The notes beneath the pieces were generated by a model that searched no databases, was not told where the DNA came from, and saw only the letters and a list, made by a program, of their open reading frames with translations. This document shows positions 38,480 through 50,875 of a stretch of 64,000 nt of DNA, one piece after another; positions within the stretch are counted from its first letter, which is position 1, and each line of letters begins with the position of its first letter. Location: positions 104,782,001 through 104,846,000 of the forward strand of contig NC_045697.1 in the NCBI RefSeq assembly GCF_009834535.1. The letters are read 5' to 3'. This DNA is from Camelus ferus. Lineage: Eukaryota. A program made the translations under genes and the position numbers.

Positions 38480-39600
38480 TTGGAGGGGTGCTGGGGGTTC
38501 CTAATGCAGGTTGTACTTGGGTTTTGGAGGAGGTGGGAGAAGAACATTCCAGGCAGAAGGCTGGGCAGCTACGAAGAACCTCCAGGAGGGAAAGAACTTG
38601 GGCGTCTGTTTTCCAGGAGCAGAAGGGAGTCTGAGGATACTGGATTTAGGAGAACATAGGGGTGATGGAGGCTGGAGAAGTAAGCAGAGAGCAGGTCCGG
38701 CAGGGTCCTTTAGACCTTTGGTGAGGAATCAGGCTTTTATCCTAAGTACGACCTCATGTCGTTGAATGATTTCAGCTGAGGAGTGAGTCAGTGTTTGCTG
38801 CTGCATGGACGTGGGGCTGAAGGGGCTTGAGTGGAGGCAGGGTGACCACCCAGGAGGTGGTGGCAGCCTTAGTGTGTTGCCGGCGGAGACAGAGAAGTGC
38901 AGATCCGCGGCATGTTTTGGAGGTGGAGTGGCTGTAGGGGTGAAGGGAGAGGCAGGAATCGGGATGATTAATCAGCTCTGATAGCCTGATAAAACATTTG
39001 TCCCTTGTCAGGACTCTCAATTTTGTCCTCTCTGGTTCTGCCCACTTCTCGTCACCTCGTTTTGGCTGCTGTCTTGTCTTCTGTCTCCCCCGCCTCCATT
39101 TGTGAGTCTCCCTTGTGGTTTACTTCCCTGTGATCAGCTCTAGATTTCCTAGGCTTTTTCCTTCTGAAAATCAGTCTTTATTTCCCTTGAATCACGTCTC
39201 TGCAGGTAATTAACAAAGTCTCTGGCTGTGACCTTGGCGGCTGCTTTCAGAATTTCTGTAGCGTTCCTGGCTCCTTTCTGAAATACCTGAAATGCAGCTC
39301 TTTGTTTCCTCGCCTTACACGGACTCTTCCTCCCTTAACTTCCCTTTTTCTTCTCAATGGTTCCACTGTTCTCTGTCACCCAGACAGGATAATTTAGTCA
39401 TCTTTGATTCACTACTTTCCTTGGCTACATTGTGTTATAGAAAAGCCACTGGTAATCCCAAGCTGTCAGTGAAGAAGCTGAAGCCTGGAAGGGTTGTCAG
39501 TTGCCCAGGGTCCCCTGACTGGTCACAGATGACACTAGTGTGTGAACTCCAGTCTGTCTGATACCAGAACCCGTCCTCCCAATCACTGTGCTCTCCTGGA
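38480..39600. mobile_element. Degraded L2 fragments and a MIR fragment
   Basis: gaacattccaggcagaagg...ggcttttatcctaag (L2-like); tgaagaagctgaagcctggaaggg...ttgcccagggtc (MIR, -). Confidence 0.5.
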
Positions 39601-40029
39601 GCCAAGGAGCTTTGTGATAAGGCTCTTCCAAAGGACAGCTACCCTTACTTTTGTAAACTGTGTCAAATGTTCAGAAGTTGTGACTTTTGCTCTTAACAAT
39701 ACCGACACTAGCAATCTGAGCATTTTCTCTGGAAACACTGCGCATATGTTTTCTCTCTTACTGACCCGAAAGAAATTTGTAAATTTGCTATGCCAGATTT
39801 TTTGCCTTCTCCTCTTTTGCGGGGGTAGAAGGGAGGAGTGACAGTGGTGGGGGAGCAGGTTCTTTATTTCCTTCTCCTTACCAATAGATGAAAGGGCTCA
39901 TTTATCCTTGTACTTGTTAAGATGGAATTTTGTTACTTAAAAGTAGTATTGGCCATCAAGTGTGAAAGCTGTTATTTAAAATTTGAATTCATAACTAGTG
40001 AGATTGAATGTGTGTGTGTTTATTAGTGG

Positions 40030-40160
40030 ATGGGTGACACCAACTGAAATGTCATCTCTTCTGGAAACACTTCACAGCCATACCTAGAAATCATACTTAC
40101 CGAGATGTTTAGGCGTCCCGAGGCCCAGTGAAGTTCAGACACAAAATTAGCCATTATAGC
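40030..40160 (-). mobile_element. MLT2 (ERVL) LTR fragment
   Basis: ctcttctggaaacacttcacagccatacctagaaat...cccagtgaagttcagacacaaaattagccattata resembles the MLT2 terminus. Confidence 0.6.
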
Positions 40161-40939
40161 CACACTGTTTCACACCTCTGCCTATCCTCATGATCAGCTA
40201 GCCTCCATTCTTTGATTGTGTTCTGGCTTTAGCTTATTTTTTTCTGATCATAAAAGCAGGTAATGCTAAATGAAGACTGCTTTGAAAATAGTAAAAATCC
40301 ATTGGTTAGGATTTTGGTAGGGAGGCTTGCCTTCAGAACTGTTCTGTGTGCACTGACATATCTTTCTCCTGCTTTCAGTGACCACGTGTCTTATTTCTTT
40401 ACACAACACTTCCTCCCTCTTTGAATGGGGCTGGTTTTCAGGAGGTCCAGACTTGGGTCAGGAGGCCCCGAGAGGCCTGGATTGTGTGGGCTCTGCTGTC
40501 TGGAATCTTGGTCTGTGTTGACCTTGCCCTCAAGGAAGCATGAGACCAAGAGGGGGACCTCACCGCCCTCACCGTGCCACCTGCCCAGGTGTTTCCTAAC
40601 AGCTTTCCCACGTTTGCTCCGTGTCCTGCTTCCTGTTGGCTGTGCGTTCCCCAGTGGAGCCCTCTCTTATCTGCCAGTCTTCTGAGGAAACTTTCCTTTC
40701 CCCAGGCTGTCCACAGAACCTTTCCTGAAAGTTCCTGACCTCTAGCATTTCAACAGAAGCAAGACATTTTGATTATTTACATGGATTTTTATAAGGGCAT
40801 TGGAAGGAAAGGGTCTTGTGGCCCAGTCGTGGTGGCCTGTGGAGTTTGTGTTCCATGAGATGAAGTGTATTGTGATGGTTTAGACTGAATACTGGCTCTA
40901 TGGTTCGAATCCTGGCTGCACCATTTAACGCACGGTGAC

Positions 40940-41581
40940 CGTTGCCGGTGGTTAGGTTCTTGTCTCGTTGCAGAAAGAATTCAGAGATGAGACACGCAGG
41001 TTGAGAAGGTAAAGTAGGGATTTATTAAGGGGTAGATAGTACACGCTCAAGGGGAGAGCCAGCAGGCTCAGGTGAGCAGCTGCCCTGAGTTTCTTTGGGA
41101 AGTTGGTTACATAGGGTGTAAAAATGAATGGGCGGAATATTCATTGAGGTGGAAAGAATTTGGGGTCCTATTCCCTGATTTTCGTCCCAACTCCACCTTC
41201 CCTAGTGGAGGAGGAATCTTTGTTCTTATTTAGTGTGGATTGGAAGTGTCATGGCATTGGTGCATGATGGGTACTTGTCTGCAAGGCTAATTTTATTGTA
41301 ATGAGGGCACAATGAGCAAAAGGTTACATTCGGACCCTGGAGATGCCTGCCTTTTCTCACCTTTCTTTGTCGGCCTCCAGGGCACTTGGCATCCCCAAAT
41401 GTGTGACCAACTTATCAACCCAGAGGTACCTGATTTTCTTTCTCTGCTCAGGGACCCCTAGTGCCTACATGACTTATGGTTTCCTGCATTTGACCTGCGC
41501 CCCTCCTTTTTGCCCAGTTCCTGCCATTTGGCCTGTGCCCCCCTTTCTCTGTTTATATCTTGCTATCTGCCTGCTCTAACA
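40940..41581 (-). mobile_element. ERV1-type solo LTR (about 640 bp) inserted in a MIR, with TSD
   Basis: (c)gttgcc...ctctaaca, flanked by tgac(c) at 40936-40940 and 41582-41586. Contains aggttcttgtctcg...gaaagaattcaga and minus-strand AATAAA at about 41021. MIR halves lie at about 40865-40935 and 41587-41730. Confidence 0.8.
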
Positions 41582-42758
41582 TGACCACCCTGTGTCTTCA
41601 TGCGCTCATCCGTAAAATGCAGGGAAAAACTTACCTAGTTGGCTGTAGTGAGAATTAAAGGAACTAATAGTTGCGAAGTACTTCCGTGGAGCAGCGACCA
41701 GCACACGGGAGGTGCTGAATAAATACGTGTTACAAGGTTACTGTGCACACTTCAACTGCTTGGAAGCACTGGGTTTGAGACGATTTTCCGGTCAGTGATG
41801 AGTGCTAACGTTTCTCTATGTTAAACACTGTTCCTTCCATTAAAATGGCCCATCTCAGGGACTCAGGCTCTGCCTGTTGCAATTTTTTCCATGGACTGGT
41901 TTCTGCCTTTAGGGACTTTTCTGTGGAATTGTATATGTTAACATAGGAGAATCTTCAGAAATAACTGTCTTTGAAGGGATGTGTTTTGTACTCACTGGCC
42001 TTGCCCCTGGGTTGTCACTCATGGTGTCTGCGTACTGCCTCACAGCCCAGTCAGGGAAGACGGCCCTGCTCGCAGCCTCCCTGAGGACACAGGTCCCGGA
42101 GGGTCTTGCGACCTAACCCTGACCTCTCCCCATGCTGGCTGATCTGATGGGGAGGGACACTTAGACAGCTATCTTGGTCACCACCTCCTGTGGGAAAGAA
42201 GTGAGTGGGGCCGTTTTAATTCTCATGAGGATTTTACTTTGGGAACTAAGATGGAAAAAGCCGTGGGAGCTGAAGTTGAAAGAATGTGTATCAGCTACTG
42301 TGAGGATGAGGAAAGGGCCCTACGAGACAGTGACGGGGTAGCAAACCCTCTGAAGAAGCAGCAGTTCCGCAAGAACTGATGACGTAGAAGAAGACGTACA
42401 GTTAGAAGTGAGAGAAAAGTAAAACACTCGGACAGAGCCAAGTTGTGTTCATGGCAGAGAGAAGATCCCAGGACGGGTGTCACTGCAGGTCCTCATGACC
42501 AGTTGCTCGCTTTTTGTGTGTGGCCCTCATTCCCACCTGAAGAGTTCCCCTGACCTTGCTCCTGATGCCTTCAGTGTCTCCTCTGTGGTTTCCAGGGATA
42601 GAGATTTCACTCACTTTTTGGAACCCTGTTCAACCCTCATCCTGTGCTGGTTTTCTGATGACTTTGTTTTTCGGTTTGTCTTCCATCGCACTCCTCTGGA
42701 GTTTGTAATCGGGGGCCCTCAGGGCACATGCAGTACCCAACGGTGGTCTCTCTCCAGC

Positions 42759-42806
42759 GGAGGTCATGGGCTCCCTCGGGCAGGAGGTCATGGGCTCCCT
42801 CGGGCA
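42759..42806. repeat. Perfect 24-bp tandem duplication
   Basis: ggaggtcatgggctccctcgggca twice (42759-42782 and 42783-42806). Confidence 0.95.
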
Positions 42807-43460
42807 GTAGTCACGTCCGCTTCTCATTTTATAGGCCGCCCGGGGCTGTGCTGAGTGAATGGGCAGTGCGAGTCATCGGTCATTTCTTGGGGGCATTTCT
42901 TTTAGTTTTTGTGATCCTGGTTTAACTTAGGGCACAAAAGGGAAGGTTTTAGCCTCTCCTTAGAGGGAGTCTTGTTTTGATTAAAAAAAAATTTTTTTTT
43001 AAAGGAAGTAAACGTTGAAGTATTTGAGAGACACGGGAGAGTTAGTAACTCTTGGCTTTGGTCGGCAACTGGGTTTTTAGTCAGTGCCATGAAGTGGTGA
43101 TACCCCAGTGGCTGGACAGTGGGCAAGCTCCTGCTGGTTAAACCAGGTGAACACATGAGGTCTGAATCCCTACTAATATTTACTTCGGGCTTTAAGCACG
43201 TTCTGTGGTTAACAAGGTAGCTTGTCTTGATATTATCCCCTGGATGTGGTTTTATTTTTATTTGTCTCCCCTTTCTTAGGATATTTGGGGAACCACTTTG
43301 CTTGCCAAGTTACTCTATTCAGTACCAAAATATTTGAATAATATTGTGTTATGTCATTGAGCTTAAATCCCTGATCTGGAAAAACAATACTTGCAAATGC
43401 CTTTAACCTCAAGGTTACCGTATTTTTCCTAAAAAACAAACAAACAAACAAAGGTCAGGA

Positions 43461-43872
43461 TATGTTTAGTTTGTTAGGGCTGCCATAACAAAATAGCACA
43501 GATGGGGTGGCTTAAGCACTAGAAATGTATTAATGTCTCATTGTCCTGGAGGTTAGAGGTCCAGAATCAAGGTGTCAGTAGAGTTGATTCCTTCTGAGGG
43601 CTGGGAGGGAAGGATGTGTTCCAGGCCTCTCTCCTTGGACATCTTCCCCTTATGTCTCTTCACCTTGTCTTCCCTCTACGCATGTGTCTTGTGTCCAAAA
43701 TTCCTCATTTTGTAAGGACGCCAGTCACTGGATTAGGACTTATCCTAATGACCTCACCTTAATTTGATCACCTCCATAAAGACCCTGTCTCCATATAAGG
43801 TCACATTCTGAGATACTAGGGGTTAGGACTCCAGCACATGGATTTTGGGGGGACCCAGTTGAACCCCTAACA
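43461..43872 (-). mobile_element. MLT1B/C-type MaLR solo LTR
   Basis: ttagtttgttagggctgccataacaaaatagcacaga...aatcaaggtgtcag...taaggtcacattctgagatactaggggttaggact...aacccctaaca. Confidence 0.85.
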
Positions 43873-44879
43873 GGGGAAGAACACTGCACTAGTACCACTG
43901 TGCCTATAAATCAGGCTTTCTTGACATTGAAGCCATGAAGCTTCAAAGGAGACTGCTATCCTGCAGGAAATGTATGTGGGTAGGTGCCCCGAATTGTGAG
44001 GGGAGACTCCTGAGTCTCACAGTTGTTGGCAAGGTTTCCAGAAATTCTCTCAAGAGGTGCTGTCATCTCCTCCCTGATGAGGGCAGTGGCCTCGGACCCG
44101 GTTTCCTGCTGCTGCCCTTGGGGTCCACCTTCCATCCGCTCTCAGCGCAGCTGAGTGATGCTGTGAAGGTCAGGTTATGTCCCTCCTCAGCTCACATCTC
44201 TCCCAAAGCGCCCACCTCACTCATGCTAGAAGCTTAACTGGCGCCTGTTGTCTCTGCCCCTGTTCCCTGTTTGCCCAGCTGTGCCCCCTTGGTCGTCTTC
44301 AGCTGTACTGTCCACCCTCTGTCCTGCCTCCAGCTGGAGAGGCTTCTCCCCAGCTCTGTGGGGCTTCCTCCTTGGGTCCTTCCAGTTTTTCACGACCTCC
44401 TTCCCTCCTGGGATGTCTCCTCAGAGCTGTGCACCCTCCCCCATGCATCCCCACATCCCAGTCTTTCTTCCCTTTCTCCAGTGACCCTTACCAGCTACCA
44501 GTGTGCTGTGTCATTCACTGATGTCTCATAATCTGTCTTCTCTCAGATACCCACCTGCCCCCAGCCTTCTCTGTCACCCTCTCCCACCCCAGGTGTGTGG
44601 CTGGTTTGCTGTTAAGTCCCCAGTGCCTGGAAGACTGCCTGGTCAGTAAGAAGGAATAAACAGCACAAGTGGAATGTGGGTGTATGGACTAGGGAATAGA
44701 ATGCTGAGAAGGGAACGCTGGAATTCTGGCCACTGGGGTCCCTGGAAGTAGAGGATTGAGATGAGGGTTATGCAGTGAAAGAGAAAAAAGTGGCTCCTTG
44801 ATTTAGGGGGTGTTTGCATGCACATGTGTATACTTGTTTCTTTCATTTTAATAAATAAAATTGTGATCATTTTATTCTT

Positions 44880-45009
44880 AATTTAAAAATTTTGGGGGGG
44901 GGTAGGTAATTAGATTTATGTATTTATTTAATAGAGGTACTGGGGATTGAACCCAGGACCTCATGCATGCTAGGCATGTGCTCTACCACTGAGCTCTACC
45001 CTCCCTTGG
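44880..45009 (-). mobile_element. Camelid tRNA-derived SINE (vic-1 type) with 13-bp TSD
   Basis: gaggtactggggattgaacccaggacctcatgcatgctaggcatgtgctctaccactgagctctaccctccc. TSD tcattttattctt at 44867-44879 and 45010-45022. Confidence 0.92.
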
Positions 45010-45724
45010 TCATTTTATTCTTTTGGGTTACTTTAATTTTTAAAATTTACTATAAAAATTGCATGGACAGAATAGTGAACATCCCTATACCCTGTCTTGT
45101 TTGACATTTCCTTCTGTAGTTACATGTCCTGTCTCTGGCTGGCCTGTGGGGCTGTTCTGGGGTCAGCTGCCTGTCATTCATTTGGCCCTGGTGAGGTTTG
45201 GCGGAGGGGGGTCCTGTGCTATAAAACCTGCCCATGTAGGAAGGAGGGGCTCAGGGTCCAGCACTTTGCTCGGGAAGGGACAGGGAGAGGTCACGTGTTA
45301 GTGAGATGTGACATTCTGGTTCTTTTCCGTTGAGAGATGGGAAGTCTGACTTACACTATGAGTTGTGCCCAAAGCCACACACCTGGAATAGGGCAGAGCC
45401 TGTGCTTGAACCCAGGCCTCTCAGGTTATAGAGTCTCCCTTTCATAAACCATACTGCCTCTGGTCCACTGGGCTTTGGATTTCTCGTCTGTAAAATAGGA
45501 TCCTAGCCTACATTGTCTCTCAGATTCTGTTCCCTGCTAAAGTTCTTTAATTTAGGCCAGGACTTGAAATCCAGATGCCTTCAACGGGCCAGGCAGGTAT
45601 CTTAGATATGTGAGGCCAGTGAGTGGCCACAGTAGGGAGTGGTGGGACCAGAGGGTTTGAGAGATTCAAATCAAAGTTCTAATGAAAGGGATGGTCAGGA
45701 AAGAAAGTCTTGAGGGCCACCAGC

Positions 45725-46815
45725 TTTAAAAAATTTATTTATTTAAAAATTGAGGTGTAAAAATTGATGTATAGTTGATGTACAATATTATGTCACAGAT
45801 GTAAAACATAACAATTCACAATTTTTAAAGGTTTTACTCCACTTACAGTGATTATACAATATTGACTGTATTCCCTGTGTTGTACAATGTATCTTTGTAG
45901 CTTTATTTGATATATAATCGTTTGTACCTCTTAATCCCTGACCCCGAGAATGCCCCTCCCCCCTTCCCTCTTCCTGCTGGAAACCACTTGGTTGTTCTCT
46001 ATATGTGTATGTCTGTTTCTTTTTTGTTATGTTCACTAGTTTTACTTTTTAGATTTCACATACACATAATATCAGAGTATTTGTCTTTCTCTGTCTGACT
46101 TATATCACTTAGCATAATACCCCCAAATCCATCCATATTGTTACAAATGGCAAAATTTCATTCTTTTTTATGGCAGAGTAATATTTTGTGTGTGTGTGTG
46201 TGTGTGTGTATGTATATACATACCACATCTTAATCCATTCATCTGTTGATTGCTTCCATATTTTGCAGTTGTAAATAATTCTTCTATTTGGGTGCATGTA
46301 TCCTTGAATTAGTGTGGCTTTGTTTTTTTTTTTTTTGATATATACCCAGGAGTGGAATTGCTGGGTCATATAGTAGTTCTACTTTTAGTTTTTTGAGAAA
46401 CTTCGATACTGTTTTCTACAGTGGCTGCACCAATTTACATTCCCACCAACAGTATACCAGGGTTCCCTTTTCTCCACCTCCTCACCAACATTTGTTATTT
46501 GTGTTCTTTTTTGATGATAGCCACTTTCTGATGAGGTGATATGTCATTGTGACTTTGATTTGCATTTCCCTGATGCTTAACGATACTGAGCGTCTTTTCA
46601 CGTGCCTGTCGGCCATCTGTATGTCTTCTTTGGAAAAATATCTATTCATGTCTTTTGCCCATTTTTTAATAGGCTGGTTTTTTAAAATAAGTTCTGTGAG
46701 CTGTTTGCACATTTTGGTTATTATCCCGTTATCAGTTATCAATATTTAATCCCATTGAGTAGGTTGTCTTTTCATTTTGTCGATGGTTTCCTTTTCTGTG
46801 TGAAAGCTTTTAGGA
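45725..46815 (-). mobile_element. 5'-truncated LINE-1 (ORF2 end plus 3' UTR) containing (TG)n
   Basis: Minus ORFs 46482-46742 ([23 protein letters not shown]) and 46109-46369 (YYSAIKKNEILPF); (TG)n at about 46187-46209. Confidence 0.9.
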
Positions 46816-47339
46816 CCACCAGTTTTTGTCGCTCACGTGTAGGCACTTCTCTGGAAATGTCAGCAGTCCTAGTTGTCACCGTGCTGCCTTGTCGTTACCG
46901 TGTCAGCCCGTCAGCTATTGCGGTTTTCTGTGAAGTGTAATCAGGGAAGGTGGAGGTTGGGAGCGTGTTGGCCTGGATGTTCTCTCTGGTGATTAAGCCC
47001 TTCACCTTACCCCACAGCACAGAGACACACACACACTCGTGCATGCATGTCCTTTGCAGCCCCCCTCTGGGGCGTACTGTCCCGCTGGGCCACGCGGTCC
47101 TCACTCGCAGGCGCTGTTTCTGTCACGCTGTGCCACACCGGGTTATGCTAACACTGGATTCTACGCTAAAACCTGGGTTCTAGTTTGAACTCTCCTTCAG
47201 CTCTGCATGAAGTTGAGCTCCTTGTCCAAAGTTGTGCTCTCATTTCCCACCTGTAGAGTGAGGGAGAGAGACTGTCAGTGGATTTCAGGTTGGGTTCTGC
47301 AGGATGCAGTCTTGTTGGGGACCACTTTGTGAGAGATGG

Positions 47340-47570
47340 GGACCAGTCAGGCATGGTCGTCCTCCTGCCTCCACCTGAGCAGCTTTGATTACCTCTTGGT
47401 TCTCCTACTTACTGGTTGTATTATCTTGGACAAGTTGATTAACGCGTGTGTCTCAGTGTCTGCCTCTGTTAAGCGGCATAATAATACTAGAACTTGCCTC
47501 TTAGAGTTGTGGCGATACTTAAATGAGTCAATAACTGTAAAGGGGTTAGGAGAGTGTCTGATGTCATAAG
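47340..47570 (+). mobile_element. MIR SINE
   Basis: cttactggttgtattatcttggacaagttgattaac...tctcagtgtc...aaatgagtcaataactgtaaagggg. Confidence 0.6.
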
Positions 47571-47571
47571 G

Positions 47572-48001
47572 TATGGTGGCAGAATAATGGCCCTCCAAAG
47601 ATGTCCCTTCCCAGTTCCCAGAACCTGTGAATGTGTTATTTTATGTGGCAAGAGGAACTTCGCAGATGGGATTAAATGAAGGACCTTGAGATGGTGAGAT
47701 GATCCTTGGTTAGCATGGTGGGCTCCTTGTAATCATGGTGGTCCTTAAAAGAGGAGATGTGAGGACAGGAGCAGAGGTCAGAGTCATGCCATTGCAGGCC
47801 ATGAGCCAAGGAATTTGGGCATCTTCTAGGAGCTGGAAAAGGCAAAGAAATGGATTCTCCCCTAGAACGCCCAGAAGGAAAACAGCCCCAAGGGGCCCAT
47901 TCTGGCCTTCTGACTTCCAGAAATATAGGATAATAAATTTGTGTTTTTCAAGCCACTGAGGTAGTGGTAATTTGTTATAGCAGCAGTAGCAAGCTAATTC
48001 A
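47572..48001 (+). mobile_element. MLT1D-type MaLR solo LTR
   Basis: ggcagaataatggccctccaaagatgtc...cagaacctgtgaatgtgtta...ggaaaaggcaaagaaatggattctcccctaga...ggtaatttgttatagcagcag. Confidence 0.85.
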
Positions 48002-48484
48002 GAAGTGTTAGCTGTTTTTTCCTGTTCTCCCTGTAAGAATTTTGGCCACAGACAGCTTGAAAACCAGTAGGCTGGGTGATCATGTCATCTGATGGCCTTC
48101 TGTGGCAGGTCCTCTCTGCACACAGACCCAGCCTGAGAAGACTCTCCACATTGGTTGAGTGTACTCAATGCAGCTGAAGTCTGGAGTCAGATGGGGTGGA
48201 GGTTTGCAGTGTGGACCTTGCCAGTGGGACTCTCTGCAGTGCCTGGGTCACTCCCTTCTTAAATGTTCTTTATAACGAGTTGGTTGGTTACTTTGGGAAA
48301 CAGTATCTGGTTGTCTGTGCTATGTGCCGTAGTGGGTCCTGAGTCCAGGTTTATGCATTTGTTTTGAGGCATCTGCGTCTTTGTGGACTCAGATTGTGAT
48401 CCTTTTAGCCCATAAATGTGTCAGTTCAAGTCCTCCTAGTGACTTTAGATGGTGCTTATTCTCTAAGAACTTACTCTAACAGGA

Positions 48485-48895
48485 GCTCATCATACTAAGT
48501 GAAGTAAGCCAGAAAGAGAAAGAAGAATACCATATGTCACTCATATGTAGAATCTAAAAAAAAATGACACAAAGGAATTTACAAAAATAGAAACAGACTC
48601 ACAGACATAGAAGACAAATTTACGGTTACCAGTGGGTAAAGGGGTAGGAAGGGATAAATTGGGAGTTTGGGATTTGCAGATACAAACTACTATATATAAA
48701 ATAGATAAACAACAAGGCCCTACTGTATAGCACAGGGAACTATATTTAATACCTTGTAATGGCCTGTAGTGAAAAAGAATATGAAAGGGAATATATATAT
48801 ACACACACAACTGAGTCACTATGCTAGACACCAGAAATTAACACAACATTGTACATCAACTGTACTTCAATAAAAAAAAAAAAAAAAAAACAAAA
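48485..48895 (+). mobile_element. 5'-truncated L1 3' end with poly(A)
   Basis: catactaagtgaagtaagccagaaagagaaag...tactgtatagcacagggaactata...acttcaataaaaaaaaaaaaaaaa. Confidence 0.92.
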
Positions 48896-49581
48896 CTCAC
48901 TGCACAGACATTCCAGGTGGGCTGGGAGGAGAGTTGGTGTCGGGAGGGCCTTAACTGAACGGCTCCAGACACCGTGCTTGCTGCTGAGCTGTTCCTCCAG
49001 AAGCCTGTGATTTGGCCTTCAGGCCTCGGCTAGCCCAGCAATGCATTCTGGGCTCGTGAGACATTAGCACCCATTTTAAATCTATAAAATGAATTATTTT
49101 CTTTCTTTCCGGCTTTGACAGAGAGGCCATAATGCTGCTCTCGTATACAGTTCTGCTGCAGGTTTTGTAGATCCGGAAAACACGAAGGAAAATGAAGAAG
49201 CCAGTCCGCAGTTCTAGAGGAATTTTGCTTCCCCTCCAAGTGCCTTGGATTACCACCAGCATTATTTCCTTGGCGCGAATCTGACGTGAAAGATACTAAG
49301 TTCCTCAGAGTCCGTACCCTGTGCTTCTCTAAATAAAACGAGAGGAATTTTGGTGCGTGTTTTGATGTGCAGAATGGGCGTCAGAGCTTCCCCTGGCAGG
49401 ACTTTCGCATACTTGACAATCTAGTTATTTGAGCCTCTGCATGCAGAGGAATGTGCTCTTCTGGGCGCAGTTTGCCTATTTGGGAAAGGTTTTGGAATCC
49501 AACGTGGTTTGTGAAGAATCCTGTATTTCAGATTTAATGAGTGAGAAAGGTACATTTATTTGCTGATTGATTTTTCTTTTC

Positions 49582-49817
49582 TTCTCTTTTTTAAAAAATT
49601 TGAAGTATAGTTGATTTACAATGTGTTATTTTCTGCTGTCCAGCATAGTGATTCAGTTATACATTTATATATATATATATATATTTATTTTCATATTCTC
49701 TTTCATTATAGGCTATTACAAGATATTGAATATAGTTCCCTGAGCTACACAGGAGGACCTTGTTGTTGATCTATTTTATATACAGTAGTATCTGCAAATC
49801 CTGGACTCCCAACTTAC
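49582..49817 (-). mobile_element. L1 3' tail with perfect 14-bp TSD
   Basis: gaagtatagttgatttacaatgtg...aatatagttccctgagctacacag. TSD tgatttttcttttc at 49568-49581 and 49818-49831. Confidence 0.9.
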
Positions 49818-50649
49818 TGATTTTTCTTTTCAAGCCCAGATTTCTAGAGCATGCCACATTTCCTCAGGTGGGCCAGTTAGTGCTTCGGTTGATGCCTGCA
49901 GGAGAGAGACTGTAGTTATAACTTATTCCCAGGGCTGGGCTTATAACCTCAGGGGTCATAATGTACCTAGAGGGCTGCCCAGCGGTAAGGTAGAGCCCCC
50001 TGAATGAAGAGGTTTCCCACTTCCAAGTACCTGCGTGTGTCTAATAGTTCATGGTCCTAACTGAACACTGTTAATAGGTGACTGTGTTGAAAGAAGGAAT
50101 TTTCTCATTTGTAAAACCGTCCAAGGCAAACAGTATCTGGAGGTTCTCAGAGCCTGGATTTACAGTGCAGTTGGATCCCTCCTCGTGATGTCCTGCATCT
50201 CACACTCAGCAGGTCTCAAATAGAACTCCTCATCTCTCAAGCCGCTCCTAATCCTGCGGAGAGTGGGAGCTCCAGCGTTTCTCTCCCACTTGTCTGCAGA
50301 TCGAAGACCTAAAAGTTCCACTCTGGGACACTCGAAAGTGTCAAGTTCACTTGAAAGAGTGCAAATCACTTCAATTCTTTTAAGTTAGCTGTGCTTTTTG
50401 TGCGGACGCAGGCTTGGCATCATCCATCAACGTACAACAGCCGTGAAGGTGTTTCAGGAGAGTAGTGTTAATTGACAGCACTCAGGAGTCAGCATGCAGG
50501 AGAGGATGGGGGCGCGGAGGAACACGTACATGAATTTTCCATTTAATTAGAATTCTACACTAGAGCCATTCAGATAACTAGTTGTGATCGGGGGCAAGGG
50601 ACCTGGGAATAATGTTAAATCTCCTGAAAGTTAGAGTAAAGAAATGGAA

Positions 50650-50875
50650 AGGACACTGATGGACACTTGAGAGACCAAGGAGTTGATCTTCTGCCTCCAG
50701 GGCATGTTACCAGCAGTCTACAGAGGTCTGTGACCTTGATCAAGTCACTAATCTATCTTTACCCATTTGTAAAATAAGGTCACACTGGCATCTGTCCTGC
50801 AGGCTGATTAAAAGGAGTAGATGAAATAATATTTGTAAATCTGTTAGCATACAGTAGGCACTCAATAAAGGTAGC
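50650..50875 (+). mobile_element. MIR SINE
   Basis: ctgtgaccttgatcaagtcactaatct...catttgtaaaataagg...catacagtaggcactcaataaag. Confidence 0.7.
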
